Part shown: positions 23,330 through 36,110 of the stretch, piece after piece
How positions within the stretch are numbered: the stretch's first letter is position 1
Layout of the letters: each line of letters begins with the position of its first letter
Assembly (NCBI RefSeq): GCF_001194135.2
Contig: NC_068996.1
Coordinates: 36,677,006-36,726,609 of the forward strand
Length of the DNA: 49,604 nucleotides
Origin: Octopus bimaculoides
Taxonomy: Eukaryota
Direction: 5' to 3'
Notes under the pieces: model-generated
What the model was told of the DNA's origin: nothing
The model's database searches: none
What the model saw: the letters and a program-made list of their open reading frames with translations, nothing else
Made by a program: the position numbers and the translations under genes

Positions 23330-25204
23330 CTGGAAACAACAGATATGATAATAAATAGAAAGGTTTTAATATATCTTACCCCATGCTCTATACCAGTGCT
23401 CCACAACCAGTATGCCATGGAACACTGGTGTGCCATGAGACAATGCTAGGTGTGCCGCAGTGTAACTTGAATATAATTTTTTTTCCCTATACTTTTAGTT
23501 ATATCTTTAGTTCAAGTGTGCTGCAGAAAATTGAATGGAATATAAGTGTGCCATAAGTGAAAAAAGGTTGCAGGGCACTGAATTATACCAACAAACTTTG
23601 AAAAGATCTGTGACTAATTTATAGCTAAGAAAGTTTAATAGCTATATTAGCAATACCATAATATATTGCAGTATTAGGAATATCATGGTATCAAGTATAA
23701 TATATGATGGTACAAAATATAATTATATGACACTGATACAACCAGACTATCAGATTCAGTTATATTTCACTGGTTATAATGTTTTTCTTCGTGTTGTATG
23801 CCACTCTGTAGGTAGCCAGGCAAATGCACATAGATAGTCAATCTTATGTTTGAGATCCCCACACACATGCATAGGCCAAACACTGCCATCATGTGCATTT
23901 ATTCAGCTTTAAGAAATTCTCGCTGTTTCTCCTCCATGTAACATGAGTTAAGCATGTCTGCAAATTTAGCTGTTAGCACACATGTAAATAGTTGGTACTC
24001 TTGCAAGTTATTCAATGAGAAAGGAGTACCTAGTTTCTATTTACTGCGGTTTTTAGACACTGGGAATATGATTTTATTAACACATGTATGCTCATAAAAA
24101 AAAATGAAGTCCTAAAATTTGACTATTTAGATTAAATGTTATAGTATGCTTTCACAATGTGGAAAAGAAGGACAGTGTGCAAAACTGTTAGCTACAGGTG
24201 TTGACTACCTAATGAACATTTCGTATGCTCAGTCAGATGCTTCTCGGTGAGTTCGTGTCCAAACAAGTAGGAGCAGGTTTTGTGTTGCGAAAACTCAACC
24301 AGGGGTATATATGGGTTAAGTAGTTACCAAGTCTCTCCAATTAATTAATACTCCTTTACCAGTGATTTTGTCATTCAGACCCAGGTCAATCTCCATCAAG
24401 CAACACTTAAAATCAAAGCTGTTGCAATCATGATCAATCTTCTGGGTTTTTGTACAGTGAGAATTACATTGTCGAATGTGTCTGAGGATGAGAGAGGTGG
24501 GGTAGGATTTTAGCTGCTATATTTAGAAAATCAAGCAACCACATAGAGGCTTCTTCATAAGAGATGTTTCAATAATGTTGCACATATTTGCAGGCAGAAC
24601 TGCCACTAATTGAAATTTTTTTTTTTTTTTTCAATAAATTTATTTCTTTACAGCGTCTTGTGAAACAACTGTTATTACTAATATTATAAACACCATCATT
24701 ATTATCACCACCACTAACAACAACAACAACAATAATACCACAAGCACCTACAACATCTTGTACAAGTATTACGATTACTAAAAATAATGAGTTCCAAGTT
24801 TGGCAGCAGGCCACAAATTTTGAGGAGTGGTGTAAGTCAATTTAAACAACTCCCAGAAGCCAACCCCAGCATGATTTCAACTGACAAGAAACATAATACT
24901 ACTAGGAGGCATTTACTCCACTACATTACTGTTTCTGACAACTACTAAATGGTGATAACAACAACAACAACAACAACAACAATAACAATATTGTTAACAA
25001 TAAATATATCACTTTTAAACCCTCTTCATATTCAAAAATCCAATTTTGTTTGCTAAACATTGCTAATGTAAACTTCCGGTAACACATTCGTTTGTGTCAT
25101 TCTAGAAAAAGCATGTCTTCAGTATTGTGTACATAAAATCGTAGTGATGGTTGTGGTGGTGGTGGTGAAAAGAATAGTAGAGAGAGAGAAATCTGGTTAC
25201 AAAC

Positions 25205-25298
25205 CTATGAGTTTTGTCATATGGAAGCGCCACACTGAATTCTTCAACTTGATGTTCAACTGCTTCAAAGAATTCATCTTCATCAGATGACTGGGGAA
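25205..25298 (-). CDS. OSBP: OSBP exon B (FFAT motif), 94 nt, phase 1 to 2
   Basis: T-rich tract, ttattag|TTCCCC...CATAG|gtttgt. Translates (V)PQSSDEDEFFEAVEHQVEEFSVALPYDKTH(R): an acidic tract followed by the FFAT core EFFEAVE (consensus EFFDAxE). Phases match exons A and C. Too short to appear in the ORF track. Confidence 0.92.
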
Positions 25299-25329
25299 CT
25301 AATAACAGATATGAAAAAAAAAAAAAATT

Positions 25330-25333
25330 ACAA

Positions 25334-25366
<33 letters not shown>

Positions 25367-25815
25367 TAATCATGGTTTCAAATTTTGGCACAAAACCAAT
25401 AATTTTAAAGGTAGGTGGGTTTGAGTCAATTACATTAACCCAAGTGTTCAATGTACTTATTAAATAGATCCTGAAAGGATGAAAGATAAAGTTGACCTTG
25501 GTGGAATTTGAGCTCAGAACAAAAGATGGACAAAATGCTGCTGAGCATTTTACCCGGCATGCTAACAATTCTGACAGTTTGCCACCTTAATAATAATAAT
25601 AATAATAATTATAATGGTTTCAAATTTTGTCACAAGGGCAGCCATTTTGGGAGAGGGGATAAGTTGATTATGTTGACCCCTGCTGGTATTTAATTATTGA
25701 CCCAGAAAGGATGAAAGGCAAAGTCTATAGTGGTAGAATTTGAACTCAGAATGTAACAATAGGTGAAATACCGTTAAGCATTTTATCCAGCATGCTAATG
25801 ATTCTGCCAGTTCTA
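25330..25815 (-). mobile_element. Two tandem family A SINEs next to the exon B acceptor
   Basis: Same body as above, separated and flanked by (AAT)n. Confidence 0.75.
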
Positions 25816-26152
25816 ACAACAATAGTAATTTATTTGCTGCAAAGACAATAGCTGGGAATACATTAAAATCAATTATATGCAAAAGAGAAAAAAGACATGA
25901 AAAACAAGTGTGCCACAGGAATGGAACAAAGGGTCTCAAATATGGATACAATCATCTTGAATGAATAAGGGTACTCCATAAGTCCCTGATTACCTTAACT
26001 TCTAAAGGTAAATACTTTGTGCGTTCTGCAACTAATATATAACTATATACGTTTTGTTGCTTCGCTAAATTTTCTTTGAGAACAATTCGGTCTTAGTAGA
26101 CATATTACATGTGATCTTCTTCTAGCACATTAACAGTCCACCTAGTGGTCTC

Positions 26153-26187
<35 letters not shown>

Positions 26188-26604
26188 CACACACACATAT
26201 ATATACACACACACACTGGAAGTAGAACCATTTATATGGGCCATATTCCCATTCTTGCCCTCCAACTTCATTCTCTTCTCTTAAGAAGTTGATAAGAGCT
26301 TAACCAAAGAGTGAAGTCACCAGACAGTGGACAGCTGTCTCTCACTTCAGGCCAAAGTAAAACTGTTTTATGTCAGATTTTCCACACTAGCATGGGTTAG
26401 ATTAATACGTGTTATTGAAGTAATGTTTTTATATGTGGAAGCCCTTCCTGTCACAAACTTTTACCTGTTTTATAAGTGAAGAAGTTTTCATTCCATTTAT
26501 CTTTGAAAGACCAAGTATATCAGAAGATTTGTTGAAAGTGTAACTCAACAAACACCATTGCTTATGGCTCAGTAATTTTCAGTGAAGTGCAGAATGTAAA
26601 CAAT

Positions 26605-26635
<31 letters not shown>

Positions 26636-28455
26636 GATGGGCTTTGTACAGTTTCTGTCAATTGAATTCACTCTCAAGGCATTAGTTGGCCCAGAATTAT
26701 GGCAGAAGACACTTTTGTCCAGAGTACCACACAATGGAACAATATGTGAGGAGTGTGCTGCCAAATTCATTCCATACTAGACTGGGATTTATTATATCAA
26801 CTCCCTAATAGGGTGAAAATTCAAAACCAACTTCTGTGTTTTTTCAACCAAGAATGTAAAGATGTATAATTAAATAGAGGAAGACATTGTCTACCAATCT
26901 GCCAACAGCATCAACTACTACCACTATCAATATTTTCTAGAACAGGAACACAAAATTTTGGGGTGGGGAATAATAGATTAAACCTTTAGAATTTAAACCA
27001 GCCACATCCAGCTTCTCACACTAAACCTACAATGTTCATTTCTAATATCCTGCATGAACATGTCTAACCATGGTGAAATATCATCTTGCTTGGAAACCAG
27101 ATGCCCATCCTATCTTGTGACAGGATGGGCATCTGGTTGTAGAAAACTTGTCTCAAATTTTGTCTGACCCATACAAACACACAAAAAAAATGGTCATATG
27201 ATGATGATGATGAGGCTATGTATAATGAAATCACTTGAACTTCAAGGGGACTATAGTACCTAAATGTATTATCATAAAGCATATGAACCTTCCTAAAAAA
27301 ACCTAAGTGGGTTGTGGAATGAATATGATCTCCCACATGATCAAACTACAAAACATGACTGAATAATAGTGAAAACCAGCAATATCTGTTTGTTTGGAGA
27401 TGAACTAATGATCCAAAAAATGTTCCAAAAACTTCATAAGACACTGGAAATAGGATAGCCATAAATGTTGAGATTAGATGGTGAAAACTATGTTAGTCAC
27501 TGAGTTGAAGAAATCTTAACTCTTGTGTTACCATACCCCTGTTAAAATACATTACCTTTGTTTCAATTGACGTTGAAAATAATGAAGAATTTGGTAAAAT
27601 GTCATTACTAAGCTGGCGTTTGAAGCATAAATTAACACAATTTTGATGGAAGATTTTAATTTAGATCACTTTAAGCATCTTGTTATCAAATTTCGATTGA
27701 AATATACTACCACATGTATCTGAGTATGTGTGTGTGTCTGTGTGTGAGTGTATACATGTGTGTCTTTATATTTGTCTGGCCACAGCTTGACAGCTGGTGT
27801 TGGCTTGTTTTCAACCTTGTACTTTAGCAGTTCAGCAACAGAGACCAATAAAATAAATAGTGATTACAATAAAAATAAATAAATACTGGGGTCAATTTGT
27901 TCAACTAATTACTTCAAGGATGTGTCCCAGCATGGCCACATTCCAATGAGTGAAACAAGTAAAAGACAAAAGTGCCTTCTACGAAACCCTTGAGTTAGCT
28001 AAAACTGTTTGAATGGAATTCAATAGAAACTATACTGAAACTATACACACAATTGACACTCCAACAGTTATGATGACAAGTGTTCCAGTTGATTCAATCA
28101 ATGGAACAGCCTACTGACGTAGTTCTCAGAGAAATTCAGCGTGGCACAGAATGTGACAAGGATGGCCGTTTGAAAAACAGGTACAATGCATTTTTGACAG
28201 CTCAGTGAACTGGAGCACACAACAAAACAAATAATCATAAAGGCTGTTAATTTAAGGTGCTGGAATACTCACTAACTATAACAGCCAACAGCTCAAACTT
28301 TATTGCAGCTACTGGGCAAAACACAACAATACTGTTTGCCTCAATCTGTCTGACTGACAAAACAGGTTCCACTTCTATGTCCCAAGAATAGTAAAATATG
28401 AGGAGTGAAGAATGGCATAGGCTGGTGAGAGACGACTAAAACAATGAATATATAT

Positions 28456-28507
<52 letters not shown>

Positions 28508-29010
28508 CAACAAAAACCTACCCAAATAAAAGATATTAAATACATTGTTTTGATAATTTTTTTTCCTGATTTGGTTTTTGAAGGTGGGCAGATTAGGTAT
28601 TTAGAAATAACAAACTGGTCTAACTACATTCTCACAACAATGTTATTTCTTTAAGAGCTATTTTTGTGCCTGAGTAGAGAAAAAACCCCCCCAAAAACAA
28701 AACAAACAAAAAATTGTCTATAAAGCAAATAATCCTAAAACAATGTGCAATATTATATTATTAACCACTTTCGAAGTGTGTGTGTGTGTGTGTGTATATA
28801 TTTAAAAAGAATGAATGGAAAAGAAATGTGTATTGAAAGGGAGGGTGAAAATAATGGTTTACATAGCATAAGTCACAAAATTATATATGTATGAGTGTAT
28901 ATATAAATACATATATATATATATATATATATCATTTTATATAATTATATATAATGCTGTGACTTCTGCTTGCAAACCTTATATATATATATATACATAC
29001 ATATACATAC

Positions 29011-29075
<65 letters not shown>

Positions 29076-29764
29076 CAAGCTATAGTAAACTAAGTAGCAG
29101 TCAAAATTAGCCCTGTTGCATTAGACTGGCAAACAGCCAATGTCACAAACTAATTGGTTGGATGACTTTACAGAGAGAGATTCTTTGAGTGCCATAACAC
29201 TGAACAGCAAAATTAGTCCAATGAGGCAAAACCATAAACAATATCATACATAAGCAGCCATTATTGATAATAAATCTTAAAACTTACAAAAAACATTGTG
29301 CAAAATACGGCAATATTTGCCTGGCCATGCAGAGAAAAATGGTGCATATGAAAGTTGTACATGTGTAGATTAAAGAAGTTCATTTTACAACTACATGGTC
29401 GCAAGTCTGACTTCAATGTCAGACAAATTGGGAAACCCTATACTATAGTTATGGATTAGACGATAACTTTTGAGTGGAGTTTGGTAGGTGAAAAATACAC
29501 ATATGCATGCATGCACATATATGTGTGTGTGTATGTGCACACATACATGCATGTCCATGGCTATGTTTTTTGTTTTCTAAAGAGTTTACATCTGTGTCTT
29601 GATAGGCTCCATAAATTATTGGTTGATAACATAAATACGAACACTGACATAAGTATTAATGGGTTGATACAATGGATTAAACTCTTGAGGGTGGTGCCTT
29701 AACATGCTGCAGTTCAGTGACTGATACTAGTAAAAGAATAAAAGAATACACACACACCTGTGGG

Positions 29765-29810
<46 letters not shown>

Positions 29811-29956
29811 CGTGAATGTTTGCACATGTTATTTTAATGCCAACTGTTCCCTGGACAGGTCAGAGTTTTCTATGGCCTGATGCCCTCTCTGACACCAACC
29901 TTCACCCATCTCCAATTAAGGTGATAACCACCACCACCACCACCACTTTCTGGCAC

Positions 29957-29987
<31 letters not shown>

Positions 29988-31006
29988 GGCCTGGATGTGT
30001 TTATGTGGAGAACTGGAAACAAATGGTGTTTGAATCAGCCTTTTGTTTACCATCAGAGAGCACATGTGAAGATGAGAAAAAATTAAAAACACACACACAC
30101 GCATAAATATATACACGTTTTCACACACATATATACAACATGTATCAAGGCACAGGGGGCAGTGGTTGGATTGTTGGGATCATGATAAGGCCATTGGTTC
30201 AATTTAATTCACGAGTGCAGAAGACAAAACCCCTAGTACTATGCAGGGACAATGATCCCTGAACTATGTGGTTACATAGTGAAAGTTTAATTGTACAGCT
30301 ATGTGTGTGCCTATCCATACACACCATCTCTCTCTCTCTCTCTCTCTCTCTATTGTATGTCTACTCAGATCCCCCATCAAGATGTCCCACTGCAGCAACT
30401 CGCAGACGTGTTGCTCTCATCTGACCTCAAGAACCTATGTGATCTTTTGACTCTCAAACTTAGAGAGACTGAGATGTTTCTGAAGAAGAGGAGACCCAAA
30501 AGTGGACCCTAGGCAACAGTGATACCTCATTCGAAATTTACAAACACAGCCCTGGTATCTTCAGAGTGCTGGTGAGTGTAGTATAGTAGACAGGGAAAAA
30601 AAGAAACCACATTGCACACGCATACGCACACACAAACCACCCTTATCGGTCATAAGATAAGTGCTTTATCGTGACTAAGAGTTGATTTGACACTCTTATT
30701 TCTAGCAATGTTGGTGCGAACTAGTACCCCAGTCACTTTAGTCACATATATAGTTCTGCCTTTTGGTTGTAAATTGCAAATAAGCCATCTTTATCAAATA
30801 TATATATATATATATATAAAAATGGTGTAAAAGTTAAAGACTACTTGTCTCAGGGGCAGCCTTTTGCTATCTATCAAAGAAGATTTTTCAACCCAATATT
30901 TACATATTATTTATAACTCTAAATGCTTTGAGATCCACTCTTCCAAAAACCAATTATCTCATGTTCCCTCGAATGATTATTAATTCTTATGACAATACAT
31001 GCATGC

Positions 31007-31043
<37 letters not shown>

Positions 31044-31619
31044 GTACTTTTCTGTGATGGTAAAATCAAGAAATAGTACTCCATCTGGTGAGAGATAAAT
31101 ATTATTAAATAAACACAATAGTAGCACATAAAAACCATATATTGTGTTTATTCAAGAACTTCTTTCCTTACATATAAAATACACCATAACATGAAAGAAT
31201 GATTATGACAGGCGTCTTCGGAAAGACTGCTGGTTTAATGTTGTCTGTGATTGATTACATTACTGAAGAACAACAAGCACAAACTGAAACTCCTCCCGAC
31301 TTTTGGGACGTTAAATGCTCATCTATAGTATATTGTAACAGCCATTTGTCAAGAGATGAGAGGAACAGAAATTAATTGAAATGATAACATGCAACCAAAA
31401 CGGCCTACTTCTTTTAAAGAAAATAAAAGTACAAGACACTTAAGAAAAGATTGGGCAGCTGAATAGTATGAATAGGTCACCCATCAGCGATGACTTTATG
31501 AGAGATTATCCTAGCTGCAGATGAGTTACAAACAAAATTCCCTGAAATATGAACTTTGAGGGATAAATTAGAAGCTTTGTCATTATCAAAAATAATAAAA
31601 AAACAATGGATTATCAATA

Positions 31620-31820
31620 TTGATTTCAAATTTTAACACAAGGCCAGCAATTTCGGGGGTGGGAGTAAGTCGATTAAATCAACCCCAGTGTTCAACTGAT
31701 ACTTGTTTTATTGACCCTGAAAGGACGAAAGGCAAAACTGACCTCAGAACATGAAGATTGATGAAATGCCAGTAGGCATTTTGCCCAGTGTGCTAATGAT
31801 TCTGCCAGCTCATCACCTTT
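31620..31820 (-). mobile_element. Family A SINE
   Basis: Reverse-complement match to the family A body. Confidence 0.7.
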
Positions 31821-31868
31821 ATCAACATTAAGTTAGTTTGCATTATATGCACCAATTGTACATTGTAG

Positions 31869-32137
31869 AAGGTGGTGAATTGGCAGAAACATTAGCACGC
31901 CTTGTTTGTCCCTTCTCTGTTTAGCCCCTTGTGGGTAATAAAGAAATGAGAAATAAGAAACATTAGCACACCGAGCGAAATGCTTAGCGGTATTTCGTCT
32001 GTCTTTACATTCTGAGTTCAAATTCCACCGAGGACGACTTTGCCTTTCATCTTTTCCGGGTTGATAAATTAAGTACCAGTTGCGTACTGGTGTCGATCTA
32101 ATAAACTGGCCCCCTCCCCCAAAATTTTGGAGAAAAG
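31869..32137 (+). mobile_element. Family A SINE with 15-bp TSD and a nested 55-nt insertion
   Basis: TSD AATTGTACATTGTAG at 31854-31868 and 32138-32152. Inner duplication GAAACATTAGCAC(G/A)CC at 31886-31901 and 31957-31972. Confidence 0.85.
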
Positions 32138-32351
32138 AATTGTACATTGTAGCATCAAAAGCCATACTATCAAGGTTATTGATGTTTTCCCCCAGGATTG
32201 TTTAAAGTCATTCTAGAATGGAAGAATATAAAATGTGAATAAGCAGCTTAACTGTGATGCAGTACAGTTAAATGAACATGGAGTGAGTACTTTGCAAAGA
32301 TCTCTTTGATATCATCAGAGACTCTCTTATCATTTGTTATTAAAAAATTGG

Positions 32352-32387
<36 letters not shown>
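32352..32387. repeat. Poly(A) tract of about 36 nt
   Basis: Seen directly. Another at about 29957-29984. Confidence 0.9.
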
Positions 32388-32389
<2 letters not shown>

Positions 32390-33573
32390 AATATTATTAT
32401 TTGTAAATCTTTCAACAAGAGACATTCAGTAACAGTACTTTTAAGTAAAGATTATTTGCCAACATAATGTGGCAGTCCTGTTTGAGACGAATATTACTGT
32501 TGTATAGCCCCAGGAAACACTGTCTCCAGCTGGTTATACAACACAATATCTGTGATTTGGTCTCTCCTACATGTCATCTTCCAGAAAAGGAAGTTGATGT
32601 TTCACAGAGTAGCTTTTGGTATTCTGTTGCAGAAAGGGGATAGAGAGAGCGAGGGAAAAAAATGTACCAGATTGAGTGCAGTAACATGAGCAACACTTGT
32701 CCCTAAAAACAAGAAATGTTGGTGGGGCAAAAAAAAAAAACAAAAAAAAAACTGCCATTCCCCTAGTATACTTAACCTTTTAGCATTTAAACCAGCCAAA
32801 TTTGACCCAAACATTCCACCTGTTTTATATTCAAACTTGCTAGATCAGACCTTTCACACCTACCTTACAGTATCATTCTAAAAATATACAGTCACATCAT
32901 TGAAATATGCTTTCAAGATCTGTTTAATGGAAGCAGTGGCACAAGGTTAATACAGAAAGCCCATTGGATATTGCATCATATCACTCAGAAAACATATACT
33001 GAACAGTACAGGGAGAAATAAGTTATACCATATATATGTACATAAAAGTGAAGGTAATAATGTCATGATATCAGGTGAAAAACTCCTGAATAGGTGCTCT
33101 CAGTGTATAGCTATTCCATGTGAACCAAAAGGATGACTTGACTGACCAACTTGAACAGAAAATTAAAGAAGTAATCATCATAACAGCAGAAAGTTGTGCA
33201 TGGCTACATATTTTGCAAGCTAGAAAATAACACCATTAACAGGAATAGTAGTCTCTCCTGGACCTGAGATACATAAATAACATGCCTCCATTAGAAACAA
33301 GGATGCTTCCAAATGGGTGGAAGAAGGTGAGCTGGTAGAATCATTACTGCACTGGACAAAATTTCTCCTGGTTCTTTTAATTCTGAGTTTGAATTCCACT
33401 GAGATCAACTTTGTTTTTCATTCATTCAGGGCCAATAAAGTAAGTACCAGTTGAGCACTGGGAGGCAATGTACAGCAATCTCCATCTTAAGTATGCAACT
33501 TAAACCTAACCGCTTGTGCATGCTTAGCTGGTAGGTGCATACATAGCAACAGCAGTAGCAAATCAGCTGCGCA

Positions 33574-34150
33574 CATGTAAAAAGCACCATCTGAATGTGG
33601 TCAATGCCAGTGCCCCCGGCTGGCTCCCGTGCTGGTGGCATGTAAAAAGAACCATCCAAATGTGGTTGATGCCAGTGCCCCCTGACTGGCTTCCATGCTA
33701 GTGGCATGTAAAAAAGCACCATCTGAACGTGGTCGATGTCAGTGCCCCCAACTGGCTCTCTTGCTGGTGGCATATAAAAAATACCATCTGAATGTGGTTG
33801 ATGCCAGTGCCGCTGACTGGGTTCCGTGCCAACAACATGTAAAAAGCACCATCTGAACATGGTTGATGCCAGTGCCACCTGGCTGGCTCCCATGCTGGTG
33901 GCATGTAAAAAGTACCATCTAAATGTGGTTGGTGTCAGTGCCTCCTGAATAGCTCCTGTGCTGGTGGCACGTAAAAAGTACCCACTATATTCTTGGAGTG
34001 GTTGGTGCTAGGAAGGGCATCCAGCTGTAGAAACATTGCCAGATCAGATTGGAGCCTGGTGTAGCCCACTGGCTTGCCAGACTTCAGTCAAACCATCCAA
34101 CCCATGGAAAGCGGACGTTAAACAATGATGATGATGATGGTGATGATGAT
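33574..34150 (+). repeat. 65-66-bp minisatellite (6 units) inside a SINE ending in (GAT)n
   Basis: Units start at 33574, 33639, 33705, 33771, 33836 and 33902, with a 7th start at 33968 that runs into the common tail ...GGAAAGCGGACGTTAAAC(GAT)n. Confidence 0.85.
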
Positions 34151-34394
34151 GAATGAATGTGTGCAGCCAATCACAGCAAGGCTCATGCATGCACACGGTT
34201 TTAAATGATATTTGTCATCTTTCCTCTCAGTTTCACAAGATATCACATACCTTGAGCTATTTATTACCTATGTTTGTCAATGTTGCCGTAGAATAAATTG
34301 TTGATAAACTTGAGATTCTCGAAAATTCTGCACTTACTTATCTGGCATGCGTACAGTAATCAACTAGATCCTTCCCTAAAACTTATACAGGCGG

Positions 34395-34560
34395 GTGACC
34401 ATCAGGATTCAGTTCTCAAACCTCCTTATTTATTGCAGTTCTCAAGGTCATAATAGAAGGGCTGAAGTCCATTGCCTGATGACCTGGTCCTCATAGTTGA
34501 ATTTGTCAAAGAATTAGAGAAGAAATTCCAAATGTGAAAGCAAAGACTCAAATCAAGAAG
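34395..34560 (+). mobile_element. Degraded RTE-type reverse transcriptase fragment
   Basis: GDHQDSVL (QG motif remnant) and DDLVLIVEFVKELEKKFQM (YADD-region remnant), with frameshifts. Confidence 0.6.
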
Positions 34561-35209
34561 TACTAAAGTAAACCTAGTTAACAGGAAGGAATTCAGGACA
34601 AGTACTGTCTAGGAAGCAGCCAGGTTTGATTGGCAGGGAAGAAATAGGTAAGAATGACATATTGTGTAACCATTTCACAATACTGGCACACAAGAGATGT
34701 AGTGAGATCGCAAGAGAAAAAGGATATGTTGAAGTAATAAATGTGAATAGCTTGTAGTAAAAGCAGTGCTGAATTAACCATTAAGCAAAATAAGCATGTG
34801 CTTAGGGCATCAAAGGAAGTGGTGGGGGACACACCACAAAAATGGTAAATGGTTTATGGCACAAAAGAAATCACTTTAAACTTGCTAAAATATCACTCAA
34901 AGTGGTTTATATGATTGGAAATCTAATTTCAAAGTGTTCATGGTGTCATAGCGAGGGTCTGATCACAAACTTTACAATTAAAAAAAGTTGGAGAAAACTT
35001 TTCAAACATAAATAAAATGTAAGTATACAAAAATAAACATTATTTTCCCTCTTACTGTTTTGTTTCATTTTGAAAAGTAAAAACTTATTTTAGTGTTTAT
35101 TACTTTTTTATATTTTGAATTACATTCATATGGGAGCACTGAAACCTTTAAATGCTTAGGGCCTCTATGGGTCAAGAGCACCCATAAACTAAATCCTTTC
35201 AAATACTCA

Positions 35210-36110
35210 AAGGACAGACTCCCTAGAAATAGTTAATAGCTTCTGTTGCCAAAGTGGTCTGATTAGTAGTGGACAAGGATGTTCTGAAAGCATTTTAGCC
35301 AGTGTAAGTATACAAGTCCTGGGCAAGACTTTTGATTGCATATCATAGTGAGGTGTTGGTGTGGGAGTTCCAGAGTTTTGAGGAGTGTGGAACCATCTCT
35401 TAGCCACTACTGTTCCCAGGTCTACTCTGACTCAGAGTAATAGCACTTGTTATGTCCCAGCTATGGGTTAACTAGCATGTGTACCACCAACTTCAAACCT
35501 AAGCTACATCTGCTCTGAAAATCAGTGTTAACTTGGTCAGCAAATCCTCTGTGATGGTCGACAATCAATGGCAAGATGAGTTGCTATGGATCATACTATC
35601 CCAAAATGTACATGCATGTGATCAGGGACCACATGCAAATTTGTATTCCCACAGAAATTGAACAGGAACTCTATGCTTCAACAACAAATGATGACTATGG
35701 CTATGGCTATGACATCCACACTATTCAATGTCTTGTTCTTTCAAAGGGACATTTGTCAAATTTGCAAGCTGGATTTTTGGTTTCAGGCAGAAGCATTACT
35801 TTGTCTGCTGGAACGTTGGGGTTGACTGTCAACATTCAGCATTTGTGAAGGACATAGGGAACTCGTTGGTTGGAGCCAGCTCAGCCCAGCCCAAGTACAT
35901 GTAGACAGGGTGGAAAAGTTCAGGGTGTTATTACCTTTCCTGGCAACAAAGGAATCCTCTCTACTCCTGAAGTGGGAGATTGTATAATAATGAAATAGGG
36001 ACATGAACGCAGAGGATAGGTCAAGATTGGGAGAAAGAATTGCAGGTAGCTTGCTTCGAATGAGTTGAGGCAAAAATGTGTATTAAGAGAATTAGATGTA
36101 GTATGAACAA
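35210..36110 (+). mobile_element. Further degraded RTE fragments
   Basis: DSLEIVNSFCCQSGLISSGQGCSESILA near 35215 and KFRVLLPFLATKESSLLLK near 35915 resemble RTE ORF2 C-terminal motifs. Confidence 0.5.

Noticed and set aside
26050-26090. Possible exon encoding DRIVLKENLAKQQN
   Set aside because: 41 nt, phase 1 to 0, incompatible with exon B. The pyrimidine tract is poor and the donor (GTATAT) is weak.
31481-31541. Possible exon after gttcatatttcag
   Set aside because: 61 nt, so it shifts the frame, and the donor (GG|GTGACC) is weak.
33574-33990. CRISPR-like array (regular repeats with internal palindromes)
   Set aside because: The units are contiguous with no unique spacers, lie within a eukaryotic SINE in an intron, and have no cas genes nearby.
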